From assembly GCA_029781975.1 (NCBI GenBank), contig JAKOVQ010000010.1:234375-298374 (forward strand): a stretch of 64,000 nt of DNA, given 5' to 3'. The translations under genes and the position numbers were made by a program. Under the pieces are notes generated by a model, which searched no databases, was not told the origin of the DNA, and saw nothing but the letters and a program-made list of their open reading frames with translations. Below are positions 55,298 through 64,000 of the stretch, in pieces (position 1 is the stretch's first letter; the number at the start of each line of letters is the position of its first letter). The DNA is from Acidobacteriota bacterium. Its GTDB lineage: Bacteria; Acidobacteriota; Thermoanaerobaculia; UBA5066.

Positions 55298-58200
55298 ATG
55301 AACCGTTACGTCTCTGCCCGGGTCGTCGCCCTCGCCCTGGCGCTCGCCGTGGGTGGGGGTTTCTCTCTTGCCGCGTCCGATCGGATCCTCTCCCCCGCTC
55401 CGGCCGGGACCTTCACTCTGGAGGCCGTTCGCGATCTGATCCGCTCCGGCAAGTACGCAGAGGCCGAGAAGGCGGCTCGCGCTCTCTTGGCCGCCGCCGA
55501 GAAGACCGGCGGCTGCGAGTCCCTCGAGGCCGCCGAGGCCATGGACCTCCTCGTCGATGCGCTCACGCGGGGAGGGAAGGCGGGGAGCGTGGAGACCCTC
55601 GCCCTCGCCGAGGAGGCCGTCGCCACCAAGGAGAAGGCGCTGGGCCTGGACGACGTCCGGGTCGGGAATTCGCTGCTCCTCGAGGCGAGTGTGCTGCGGC
55701 GACGGGGCCGGCACGCCGAGGCGCGCGGCCTCCTCGAGCGCGGGCTGGCGATCACGACGGCCGAGCTCGGTCCGGACGCCCGGCGCGCCGTTCCCTTCCA
55801 CAACAACCTTGCGACGGAGCTCCAGGAGAGCGATCCCGCTGCAGCCGAGCGCCACGGCCGCGAGGGACTCCGGATCGTCGAGGCCGTCGACGGACCCGAG
55901 AGCGAAGCCGCGGCCGACATCCGCGCGAACCTCGCGAACATCGCTGCGGACCGAGGCGAAATGGCAAGAGCCGAAGGCGAGTACGGGCGAGCGCTCCTCA
56001 TTTACGAGAAAGGCCTTGGGCCGCGGCACCCGAAGGTGGCAACGCTATACCACAATCTCGGGTACCTGCACTTCGAGATGGGAGACCATGAGCGGGCCCG
56101 AGCGGAGCTCGAGAAGGCCCTCGAGATTCGCGAACAGACGATCGGACGGGCACACCCCCAGACGGTCATGACGCTCGGGAATCTCGTCATAGTCGAGAGC
56201 TCCCTCGGCCTCCCAGTCGATGCCCGCTGGGAAGAGCTGGTTGCGCTCGCCGACCAGGTCTTCGGAAGAGAGCACGAGATGCCGGCCGGCGTCCGGGCGA
56301 ACTACGCCACTGCCATCTCGGAACGCGACCCCGTCAGGGCGAGGAAGCTCGTCGAGGAAGCCTTCGCGGTCTTCTCCAGGACGCTTGGCCCGACCCACCC
56401 ACGCTCCCTTTCCACCCTCTCCACCCTCGGAAAGGTCACTCTCCGTTCCGGCGACCTGCCGGCTGCTGAGCGGTACCTCGAGCAGGCTGTCCACGACGTC
56501 GACAAGAATCCCGGTACGCCTCCTTTCATCGTCAGGGGTGCCCTGCAGGGGCTCGCGTCGTGCAAGGCCGAGGAGGGCCGGCTCGTGGAAGCCCGTGTCC
56601 TTCACGAACGCGCCGTGTCCCACGCCGAGAAGGCATACGGGTCCGAGAGCCCGTACCTGGCGGCCGCCCTGGCGGAATTCGGTACCTTTCTCCAGTCGGC
56701 CGGAGACCTCCCGGCCGCCGAGACCGTCGAGGCGCGCGCCCTGGCGATCCGCGAAAGGGCTCTCGGCCCCCAGCATCCCCGGGTCGGGGAGACACTCGTC
56801 GCCGTCGCCGATCTGAAGGCCCAGCGGGGCGACGTCGAGGAGGCCATGCCCCTCTTCGAAAGAGGGATCGCCATCGCGGAAGAGACCCATGCATCAGACG
56901 ATCCGCGGCTCGCAAACGGGTACAGGGCCTATGCCTCCTGCCTCCTGAAGCGCGGCGATGCGCGACGCGCTCTCGACGCCGCACTCCGGGCCGAGTCGAT
57001 CTCGACCCAGCACCTCCGGAAAACAGTCGCCGCCCTCCCCGAGCGGCAGGCCCTCGCCGTCGTCGCGAAGAACCCGTCGGCTCTGGACCTCGCCGTCTCG
57101 GCCGCCGTCGAGCTCCGGGACCTCGAGGCGTCGGCCCGCGTCCTCGACGCGGTCGTCCGCAGCCGTGCGCTCGTCCTCGACGAGATGGCTCGTCGCCACC
57201 GCTCGCTCCGCGAGGCGCACGACCCTGGCCTCGAGCCGCTCTTCGCGGAGTACGCCGCGGCGAGGTCCCGCCTCGCCAACCTCGCGGTCCAGGGGGAGGA
57301 CGAGCGGTCTCCCGAGAGGTCGCGGAGGCGGCTCCGCGAGGCCCAGGAGGCGAAGGACGCCGCCGAGCGAACGCTCGCCGAGCGGAGCGCCGCCTTCCGC
57401 GAGGGGAAGGCCGTCGCAGCAGCGGGCCTCGCGGAGGTCCGTGGCTCCCTCCCGGCCGACGCGGCGCTCGTCTCCTTCGTCCGCTACACCCGGCACCCCG
57501 GAAGCGTTCGGCCGGGGCGCAAGGCGAAGCCGGCTCTCGCCGTCGACTCCTACGCCGCCTTCGTCCTCCGGCGAAGTGGCGCCGCTCCCGCATTGATCGC
57601 GCTCGGCCCCACGAAGGGGATCGATGCGCAGGTCGCTCTCGTCCGGAAGGCTGTCGCGGAGGGAGGGACGGCTCCGGCAGGGAGCGTGAGGTTCGCCGAG
57701 GTGGTATACCGCCGCGCCGCCGCCGCGCTGCGGGACCAGGTCTGGAAGCCGCTCGTGCGCTCCCTCGGATCCTCCCGCCAGGTCTTCCTCGTGCCGGACG
57801 GTTCGCTCCAGCTCGTCAACTTCGCGGCGCTTCCGGACGGGGGGAGGAGCTACCTCGTCGAGACCGGCCCGCTCCTCCGCTACCTGTCCGCGGAGCGTGA
57901 CCTCGCCCGCGCCGGGGGAACGACCGGGCGTGGTCTCCTCGCGGCGGGAGCGCCGGATTTCGACGACCAGCCCCCGGCGAGAACCGAGCGGAACGCGGCG
58001 CTGGAGCCGAGCCCGTCGGTCGGCGTCACCACCGCCGTCTACCGCGGAGCGCTCCCCTCGTGCGCGAGCTTCGGAGCGATGCACTTCGAGGCCCTCCCGT
58101 CGGCGGCTCGGGAGATCGAAGAGGTGGCCGAAGCGTGGGAGGCCTCGCGGCTCCGTCTCCGTGGACTCCCTCCGGCGAACGGTAGGACCGGAATCGAGCC

Positions 58201-58795
58201 GGTCGTCCTCGCGGGCGCGTCAGCGGGAGAGACCGCGGTCAAGAGAGGCGCTCCCGGCCGTCGCATCCTCCACCTTGCGACCCACGGCTTTTTTCTCGGC
58301 GACTGCTCCTCTCCTGCCGGTGGCCGCAACGTCTCGACGGCGACGGGCCGCTCCGTCTTCGTGGACAACCCGCTCCTCCTCTCCGGCCTGGCCCTCGCCG
58401 GGGCGAACCGGCGGGCGTCGGCCCGACCCGACACGGACGACGGGATCCTGACCGCCGAGGAGATCGCGGCGCTCGACCTCACCGGCGTCGGGTGGGCGGT
58501 CCTCTCCGCCTGCGAGACGGGTCTCGGCGAGCTCCGTGCGGGCGAGGGGCTCTTCGGCCTCCGCCGGGCGTTCCAGGTCGCCGGGGCCCGGACCCTGATC
58601 ACGAGCCTCTGGGCCATCGAGGACGAAGCGAGCCGGGGCTTCATGAAGGCGCTCTACGAGAAGCACCTCGTCGACGGGCTCCCAACCGCCGAGGCGGTCC
58701 GCGCCGCCAGCCTCGAGGTGCTCCGGCAACGCCGCGCCGCGGGTCGAGGCACGCACCCGTTCTTCTGGGCCGGCTTCGTGGCGGCCGGGGAGTAG
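55298..58795 (+). CDS. Secreted TPR-repeat protein with a C-terminal CHAT (caspase-like) protease domain
   Basis: Signal peptide MNRYVSARVVALALALAVGGGFSLAAS. At least 10 TPR units in the N-terminal 550 aa (…ATLYHNLGYLHFEMGDHERARAELEKALEI…). The CHAT His-Cys dyad is present: ILHLATHGFFL and WAVLSACETGLGE. Confidence 0.75.
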   Translation: MNRYVSARVVALALALAVGGGFSLAASDRILSPAPAGTFTLEAVRDLIRSGKYAEAEKAARALLAAAEKTGGCESLEAAEAMDLLVDALTRGGKAGSVETLALAEEAVATKEKALGLDDVRVGNSLLLEASVLRRRGRHAEARGLLERGLAITTAELGPDARRAVPFHNNLATELQESDPAAAERHGREGLRIVEAVDGPESEAAADIRANLANIAADRGEMARAEGEYGRALLIYEKGLGPRHPKVATLYHNLGYLHFEMGDHERARAELEKALEIREQTIGRAHPQTVMTLGNLVIVESSLGLPVDARWEELVALADQVFGREHEMPAGVRANYATAISERDPVRARKLVEEAFAVFSRTLGPTHPRSLSTLSTLGKVTLRSGDLPAAERYLEQAVHDVDKNPGTPPFIVRGALQGLASCKAEEGRLVEARVLHERAVSHAEKAYGSESPYLAAALAEFGTFLQSAGDLPAAETVEARALAIRERALGPQHPRVGETLVAVADLKAQRGDVEEAMPLFERGIAIAEETHASDDPRLANGYRAYASCLLKRGDARRALDAALRAESISTQHLRKTVAALPERQALAVVAKNPSALDLAVSAAVELRDLEASARVLDAVVRSRALVLDEMARRHRSLREAHDPGLEPLFAEYAAARSRLANLAVQGEDERSPERSRRRLREAQEAKDAAERTLAERSAAFREGKAVAAAGLAEVRGSLPADAALVSFVRYTRHPGSVRPGRKAKPALAVDSYAAFVLRRSGAAPALIALGPTKGIDAQVALVRKAVAEGGTAPAGSVRFAEVVYRRAAAALRDQVWKPLVRSLGSSRQVFLVPDGSLQLVNFAALPDGGRSYLVETGPLLRYLSAERDLARAGGTTGRGLLAAGAPDFDDQPPARTERNAALEPSPSVGVTTAVYRGALPSCASFGAMHFEALPSAAREIEEVAEAWEASRLRLRGLPPANGRTGIEPVVLAGASAGETAVKRGAPGRRILHLATHGFFLGDCSSPAGGRNVSTATGRSVFVDNPLLLSGLALAGANRRASARPDTDDGILTAEEIAALDLTGVGWAVLSACETGLGELRAGEGLFGLRRAFQVAGARTLITSLWAIEDEASRGFMKALYEKHLVDGLPTAEAVRAASLEVLRQRRAAGRGTHPFFWAGFVAAGE

Positions 58796-58828
58796 ATTCG
58801 ACCGTCAAAGTATGATAATCATGCACGC
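58796..58828 (+). promoter_or_regulatory. AT-rich putative promoter with a -10-like TATGATAAT, immediately upstream of the DUF4143 ATPase gene
   Basis: gagtagattcgaccgtcaaagtatgataatcatgcacgc: a local GC drop. It contains the small inverted repeat ATGAT-A-ATCAT. Confidence 0.3.
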
Positions 58829-60073
58829 ATGGCATCAACTGCACCACCCGGCATCCTCCCTCGTGCCGCTGTCACCGCCGTCGAGCGGGCGATGGGCGTC
58901 TCGCCCGTCGTCGTCTTGCTGGGCGCCCGCCAGACGGGGAAGACGACGCTCCTCCGGTCGATGCCTTCCCTTGCGGCTCGGCCGTACCTGACGCTGGACG
59001 ACTTCGACCTGCGGACGCAGGCCGCGAGCGAGCCCGAAGCCGTGGTCGCCCGGGCCCCGGCCCTGATCCTCGACGAGGTCCAGCGAGCGCGCGAGCTCCT
59101 CGTGGCGGTCAAGCGTGCGGTGGACGAAGAGCGCGCGCGGACACCCGGCCGCTTCGTCCTGACCGGATCGGCGAACCTCCTGATGATGGAGCGGATCTCG
59201 GAGACCCTCGCGGGACGCGCCGTCTACGTCACCCTTTGGCCGTTCACGCGACGCGAGAGGCTGGGGCTCGGGACCGCCGGGACGTGGGACCGGCTCCTTT
59301 CCTCTCCGTTCAAGCGCTGGCGGAGCATCCTGGACGCCGAGTCGGGACCCCGGGAGGACTGGCGCGAGGTCGCGTCGCTGGGGGGCCTTCCGGTCCCCTC
59401 CCACAGGCTCGCCAGCGCGGAGGAGCGAGCCCTCTGGTTCTCGGGCTACGTCCAGACCTACCTCGAGCGCGACCTCCAGGCGCTCCGCGCCGTCGAGAGC
59501 CTCGCGGACTTCCGACGCCTGATGCGCGCCGCGTGCCTCAGGATCGGCAACGTCGTCAACCAGACCGAGATGGGACGCGACGTCGGGATCTCGCAGCCCC
59601 AGGTGCACCGCTTCCTGAACCTGATGGAGGCGAGCTACCAGGCGGTCCGGCTCCCGGCCTTCTCGGTCAACCGGACGCGCCGCCTGATCAAGTCCCCGAA
59701 GCTCTACTGGAGCGACACGGCGCTCGCGCTCTTCCTCGCGGGCGAGACCGAACCTCGCGGGGCCCACCTGGAGAATCTCGTCCTCCACGACCTCCTCGCC
59801 TTCCGGGACCTCGAGCCGCGGAAGCCCGAGCTCCTCTACTGGCGAACGGTCACGGGGCTCGAGGTGGACTTCGTCGTGGAGAGCGGCGGGAGGACCCTGC
59901 CGATCGAGGTGAAGGCGTCGTCCCGGGTCCGCCCGGCCGACGCGAAGGGCCTGGAGGCGTTCCTCGACGAGTACGCCGACCTCGCCGACGGCGGTCTCCT
60001 GCTTCACGACGGGCCCGAGACGTTCCCCCTCACGAAGCGGGTCCTCGCGGCGCCCTGGTGGAAGGTGATCTGA
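58829..60073 (+). CDS. AAA-family ATPase with a C-terminal DUF4143-like domain
   Basis: Walker A LLGARQTGKTT; Walker B ALILDEVQRA; sensor TGSAN. The C-terminal half …LLYWRTVTGLEVDFVVESGGRTLPIEVKAS is restriction-endonuclease-like, as in DUF4143. Confidence 0.7.
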   Translation: MASTAPPGILPRAAVTAVERAMGVSPVVVLLGARQTGKTTLLRSMPSLAARPYLTLDDFDLRTQAASEPEAVVARAPALILDEVQRARELLVAVKRAVDEERARTPGRFVLTGSANLLMMERISETLAGRAVYVTLWPFTRRERLGLGTAGTWDRLLSSPFKRWRSILDAESGPREDWREVASLGGLPVPSHRLASAEERALWFSGYVQTYLERDLQALRAVESLADFRRLMRAACLRIGNVVNQTEMGRDVGISQPQVHRFLNLMEASYQAVRLPAFSVNRTRRLIKSPKLYWSDTALALFLAGETEPRGAHLENLVLHDLLAFRDLEPRKPELLYWRTVTGLEVDFVVESGGRTLPIEVKASSRVRPADAKGLEAFLDEYADLADGGLLLHDGPETFPLTKRVLAAPWWKVI

Positions 60074-60225
60074 CGGGGGCGAGCCGACCGACCGGACTCT
60101 CGAATTCTCTCGCCACCGGGCCATGCGAGCGACGAACTGACCCCGGCATGCGACGAGCCTGACGCTCTCCCGGTTCATTCAAGCCGGATTCGGACGTCGC
60201 CCAGGAAAGGGTAGCGATCCGACCA

Positions 60226-62877
60226 TCACCTGGAGACGAGGCGCGCGAACCCGATGGACGTGGCGCTGTCTTGTGTGCCCTTGCGCTGGTAGCTCACCGA
60301 GGGCCTTCCTTGCGGGTCCATCCGGAGGTCCGTGCTGCCGCACGACGCGAGGTTGGGTTCGATGACCTCGATCGTCCACTGACCGTCGGGCTGCCGCCGC
60401 GCCAGCTCCAGCGCGTGGTAGTTGTGGCACATCGCAACAATCGGCGCGCCCGTAGGGTCGAACGCCAGGCTTTGGAGGTCGGATCCATAGGCCACAGGGA
60501 CGATCACCTCTGAGTCCCACTTCGAGCCATCCCATCGGATCAGACTCGGATCCGACGCCTTCGCCTTGCCGCCGGGACAGTGTGAGATGGCGGGATGGCC
60601 CGCGGCATCGAGCGCGAACGAAAGCCCTTTTCCCCAGCCCCAGCCTCGTTCCACCACCTGGGTCTCCCAAACCGAGCCGGTTCGGCGTGCGAGCCTGATC
60701 TCGAAGTCGTAGTCCGATCCTTCTACCCATTTCCTGTAGGCGACGACCGGACTACCCGCCCCGTCGTAGGCGAGTGAGAAGTAGTCGATGGCGTACTGGG
60801 TGCCTGCCTGGTCGATCCGCTGGACCTTCCACGCCGATCCGTCCCGTTCGACGAACCTCAGCTCCTTGGACCCCTGCGACGAGCTGTAGCAGAACGACGG
60901 CCTGCCGTCCGGTCCGAAGGCGAGCTTCGGCGCATAGAAGACAGGTCCCTCCTCGATCGTGCTGGTCTCCCATGCCGACCCTGTCCAGTGAGAGAACCTG
61001 ATGGACTCATTGGGACTGGTCGCGACGCTATAGGTTCGAACGGCAACGGAAGGACTCGCGTCGACAGGGTCGAATTCCAGGTCGACTTCCATGCCGTCCG
61101 AAAGGACTTTCTCCAGTGCCCACGCAGAGCTACCCGGAACGCCGCGGGCCAGCATGGCCTCTACGGTCGAACTCGGGGGGGGCGTGATCCTGTGCCTGTA
61201 GGCGATCGCAGGCTTACCCTGAGCGTCGTACGCGAGGGAGGGCGCGTACAGGTCGCTGCCCGGGACGACCGAGATCTCCCAGCCCAGCGGACCCGAAGCC
61301 ACGCCCGGCACCATCGGCACGTAGGCCCCGTCCCCCGTCCTCGCCCCCGGGCCACCTCCGTCATTGACGACAGCATAGGCAATCCAGGGAGCTGAGCCCG
61401 CCACGTGGGTCACGTGGACCCAGCCGTTTGAGACCCCCTTGCTACCCAGGAACCCCGAGAACTGCTTCCAGGCTCCCGGCTCTAGGACTGTCGTCTCCGG
61501 ATCGCCCCTCGCGATTCCGCCCGCGTTACCGTCGTGAGCCTGGAGCTGCAGCGTGACCGAGCCCGATCCGTCCGTTCCCGCGTTCACGACGGCCACGTTC
61601 GTCCGGTTCTGGGCGTCCGCCCGGAGGCCATAGAGGAACACCTCGGCCCTGGCCTCCTGACCCGAGTAGATCCCCGGCGTGAAGAGACCGAACTGGCCGC
61701 CGGCCGGGGAGAGCGCCGCCGTCCTCGCCCCGGCGAAGACGTTCGCCAGCCCAGTTCCGGAGACGCCCACGCGCAGCGTCCCGGCATAGCTGGCCGCACG
61801 TCGGTCGCCCACCGTGACTCCGTGCCCCCGGAGGTAGTCGATCGCGTTCGGGATCAGCAGCTGAGTCATCGGGGCGAGGGTGATGGCCCACTCGCCACCC
61901 GAGCCGAGCTCGGGCGCGAGGTTCTCGACGTAGCTCAGTGTCAGCTTCGCCGGCACGTCGGCCCGGTTCGTCACGATCAGCTCGCTGGAGAAGCCCGATG
62001 TCGTCTCCACGAGCACCGGCACTGTCAGGGAGCTCCCCAGAAGGTCTCCGGCGACCGGGAAGACGAACGAGCCGTCGCTGGTCCCGTTGTCGTTGATGAC
62101 CCCGTACGCCCCGAACGACCCTGAGCCTCCGGTCTTCTCGATCGTCACCCAGCCGTTGGCGATCCCGGTCCCGTCGAAAACCGCGCTCAGCTGGGTCCAC
62201 CCGAGGCTCGGGATCTCGAGGGAGTCGGCCTTGACGACCGGCGAGCCGGTCCCGTCGCCCGAGAAGGCCGTGACCCGCACCGTCACCATCTCGGACGATG
62301 GGTTGTAGATCGCCACGTTCGAGCGATCCGCCTCCGTTGCCCGGAGGCCATAAAGCGTCGCGCTCGTCGTGAAGCCGCTCGTCGGGGGAACGCCCGGATA
62401 GGCCAGGCCAGCAGCGCCGATGGGCTGGGGCGACGCAGTCGCCGTCGTCGTCCGGACGGTGGCCGCGGCCACGTCTGACCCGGAGAGACCGGCGAACGTC
62501 ACCCGGAGCGTGCCGCCACGGCCGGGGCCCTCCGGGATCGGCACCCCCCGGTCCCGGAGGTAGGCGATGGCATCGGGGACGACCTTCTGCTCGCCCGCGA
62601 GGAGGGTATCGGTGGCCGTCCCGTCCCCGCCGCCGAAGGCCGCCGTGTAGCGGAGCTCCAGGGTCGCGAGGGTGTTCCCCCGGTTCGTCAGGATCAGCTC
62701 GGACGTATAGAACGAGCCCCCCGCCCCGCCGCTCGACAGGACGATCGGGAGGACGAGGGACAAGCTAGAAGCGGAATCTGCGGCCGCCGGGACGGTCAGG
62801 CTCAGGCTGGCCGCCACGGCAAGAACGGCTGCGGCCAATAGCGGTGCCGAAACGAGGGAGCGGCTCGACATCCTCAT
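60226..62877 (-). CDS. Secreted hypothetical protein with an internal duplication of about 200 aa and a C-terminal repeat-rich (propeller-like) region
   Basis: Signal peptide MRMSSRSLVSAPLLAAAVLAVAASLSLTVPAAAD. Duplicated modules: SFYTSELILTNRGNTLATLELRYTAAFGGG…AIAYLRDRGV versus FSSELIVTNRADVPAKLTLSYVENLAPELG…AIDYLRGHGV. The C-terminus carries W/Y-rich repeats. Confidence 0.55.
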   Translation of the reverse strand: MRMSSRSLVSAPLLAAAVLAVAASLSLTVPAAADSASSLSLVLPIVLSSGGAGGSFYTSELILTNRGNTLATLELRYTAAFGGGDGTATDTLLAGEQKVVPDAIAYLRDRGVPIPEGPGRGGTLRVTFAGLSGSDVAAATVRTTTATASPQPIGAAGLAYPGVPPTSGFTTSATLYGLRATEADRSNVAIYNPSSEMVTVRVTAFSGDGTGSPVVKADSLEIPSLGWTQLSAVFDGTGIANGWVTIEKTGGSGSFGAYGVINDNGTSDGSFVFPVAGDLLGSSLTVPVLVETTSGFSSELIVTNRADVPAKLTLSYVENLAPELGSGGEWAITLAPMTQLLIPNAIDYLRGHGVTVGDRRAASYAGTLRVGVSGTGLANVFAGARTAALSPAGGQFGLFTPGIYSGQEARAEVFLYGLRADAQNRTNVAVVNAGTDGSGSVTLQLQAHDGNAGGIARGDPETTVLEPGAWKQFSGFLGSKGVSNGWVHVTHVAGSAPWIAYAVVNDGGGPGARTGDGAYVPMVPGVASGPLGWEISVVPGSDLYAPSLAYDAQGKPAIAYRHRITPPPSSTVEAMLARGVPGSSAWALEKVLSDGMEVDLEFDPVDASPSVAVRTYSVATSPNESIRFSHWTGSAWETSTIEEGPVFYAPKLAFGPDGRPSFCYSSSQGSKELRFVERDGSAWKVQRIDQAGTQYAIDYFSLAYDGAGSPVVAYRKWVEGSDYDFEIRLARRTGSVWETQVVERGWGWGKGLSFALDAAGHPAISHCPGGKAKASDPSLIRWDGSKWDSEVIVPVAYGSDLQSLAFDPTGAPIVAMCHNYHALELARRQPDGQWTIEVIEPNLASCGSTDLRMDPQGRPSVSYQRKGTQDSATSIGFARLVSR

Positions 62878-62980
62878 CTCGTGTTCCCTCCCGGACGATC
62901 CCCGCCCCCTCCGGACTGTCCCGTGAACAATCTGGGGGCGGGGGGTGGCAGCGTCAAGGCCATTCGGCAGCGGAAGGCCG

Positions 62981-64000
62981 TCACTGAGTCGGGTTCCAGT
63001 CGGGATACGTCGGCGTGGCCTTGGAAACCGTCGGTGCGATTGGAGAATCCGGGATGGCGAAAGGATAGACGGCCGAGACGAAGATGCCTTCCGAGGAATA
63101 CGGGAAGACGAGGGTGAAGTCGTCTCCGGACCAGCGCGCCTTCTTCAGGTTGCAGGGTGCGGCACATGTGCTCAGCGCCTCGGCGTTGAGAACGGGGTTC
63201 TCCCCTTCTGGTGCGTCGAGATCCACGTCGACGAGCCAAAGGTCGTTGTTCGGAAGCACCTGCGTCGCAATGAAGGAATCTCTGTGGTGTGCCCAGGAGG
63301 GATAAATGATGTTCAATCCCGCGTCGGTTCTCCAGCCGGGGAGGAGCAGGGATCGCGGGTTTTCCAGACGCGGCGGCGTGTCGTCGACGAAGTCGAACAC
63401 CACGAACTCGTCCTGCTGTTCGTCCCCGTTGTCATACCGCCTTACGGCCGAGAAATGCGTTCCGTCCCCGGTCCATGCCGGGTAGTGCCAGGAGTCCGTG
63501 GCCTGAATCCACTCGCTCGTGAGATTGAAAGGGCCCGAGACGACGGCCGGGGCGAAGGTGAGGTCGATCTTCACCACGAAGATGTCAGACCCGGAGCCGG
63601 GCGTGCTGACGTCCCAGTACGCATACCAGTAGCCTCCTGCCCCGGGTCTCCACGAGCCAGGAACGATCCGAAAGCCCGAATCGTTCGGGGAGACGCCACT
63701 GATCTTCGTCAGCCCGGTGCCATCCTTCCTGATGAGCCAGAGCCCCCAACTGCCATCTCTGTTGCTGTGGAACGCGATCCACTCACCGTCGGGGGCCCAT
63801 CGCGGCATGGTGTGCTCCACGTTCTTCGCACCAGCCAGGAGGAGCGTCTTCTGGGAGCCGTCAGCCTGCATCAGCATCAGGTCTCCCCTCGACTGACTCA
63901 GGAACCACTGTTCGTAGACGATGGGGCAGCTGGTGCACGTCGGCGGTGGCGTAGGCGCCGGCGGCTTCGGGGCCCCCTCCACCACCGCCGGCAGGAGCCC
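62981..64000 (-). CDS. Hypothetical protein with PD40/TolB-like beta-propeller repeats. Partial: the N-terminus lies beyond the right window edge.
   Basis: MPRWAPDGEWIAFHSNRDGSWGLWLIRKDGTGL is a PD40 repeat. The reading frame is still open at 64000 (…GLLPAVVEGAPKPP…). The track start at 63985 is simply the first GTG inside the window. Confidence 0.5.
   Translation of the reverse strand, partial: GLLPAVVEGAPKPPAPTPPPTCTSCPIVYEQWFLSQSRGDLMLMQADGSQKTLLLAGAKNVEHTMPRWAPDGEWIAFHSNRDGSWGLWLIRKDGTGLTKISGVSPNDSGFRIVPGSWRPGAGGYWYAYWDVSTPGSGSDIFVVKIDLTFAPAVVSGPFNLTSEWIQATDSWHYPAWTGDGTHFSAVRRYDNGDEQQDEFVVFDFVDDTPPRLENPRSLLLPGWRTDAGLNIIYPSWAHHRDSFIATQVLPNNDLWLVDVDLDAPEGENPVLNAEALSTCAAPCNLKKARWSGDDFTLVFPYSSEGIFVSAVYPFAIPDSPIAPTVSKATPTYPDWNPTQ

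Overview
This is a high-GC (about 70%) bacterial chromosomal segment carrying roughly 45 protein-coding genes on both strands. I found no rRNA, tRNA, CRISPR array, transposase or integrase. Most long ORFs in the track that lie antisense to a real gene are GC-driven artefacts (Arg/Gly/Pro-rich, low complexity). I discarded them using motif content and start context (upstream RBS, translational coupling to neighbours).

The ORF track lists only ORFs that are complete inside the window. By reverse-complementing and translating by eye I found a giant gene on the minus strand covering 1..7684, with its 5' end inside the window and its 3' end running off the left edge. It has a signal peptide, about 14 tandem carboxypeptidase-regulatory-like repeats, a PPC-like segment and the beginning of RHS/YD repeats, so it is probably a polymorphic toxin. 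A second partial gene, encoding a PD40 beta-propeller protein, runs off the right edge (62981..64000, minus).

Other content, in order:
- A type-II P-type ATPase (7996..10710).
- A NitT/TauT-family ABC transporter (10751..13480) whose substrate-binding gene carries an in-frame TGA.
- A CRTAC1/ASPIC-UnbV protein.
- A flavin-dependent halogenase with the WxWxIP motif, an AMP-ligase, a Ser/Thr kinase and an FkbM methyltransferase.
- A TonB-dependent receptor, a REC-PilZ response regulator and a dCMP deaminase.
- A ketosynthase with the Cys-His-His triad, followed by a CLF-like KS-beta with Gln at the active site and a 4HBT thioesterase. This looks like a minimal type-II-PKS or aryl-polyene module. 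An 11-bp tandem repeat array sits between the CLF and thioesterase genes.
- A SAM methyltransferase, two VOC proteins, an ArsR–SRPBCC pair and a cNMP-binding protein.
- A histidine kinase, an exosortase-like small membrane protein and an FHA-containing sigma-54-type activator with a degenerate GAFTGA motif.
- A PAS–LuxR regulator, SMC, a lipoprotein esterase, and Lon preceded by a perfect 12-bp palindrome.
- An acyl-CoA dehydrogenase, two large secreted proteins, a YfhO-like membrane protein, an ECF sigma / anti-sigma pair followed by a secreted TPR-CHAT protease, and a DUF4143 ATPase.

All calls rest on motifs I read directly in the translations. I could not run any database search. The taxonomic guess (Acidobacteriota-like) is an inference from the domain repertoire only.
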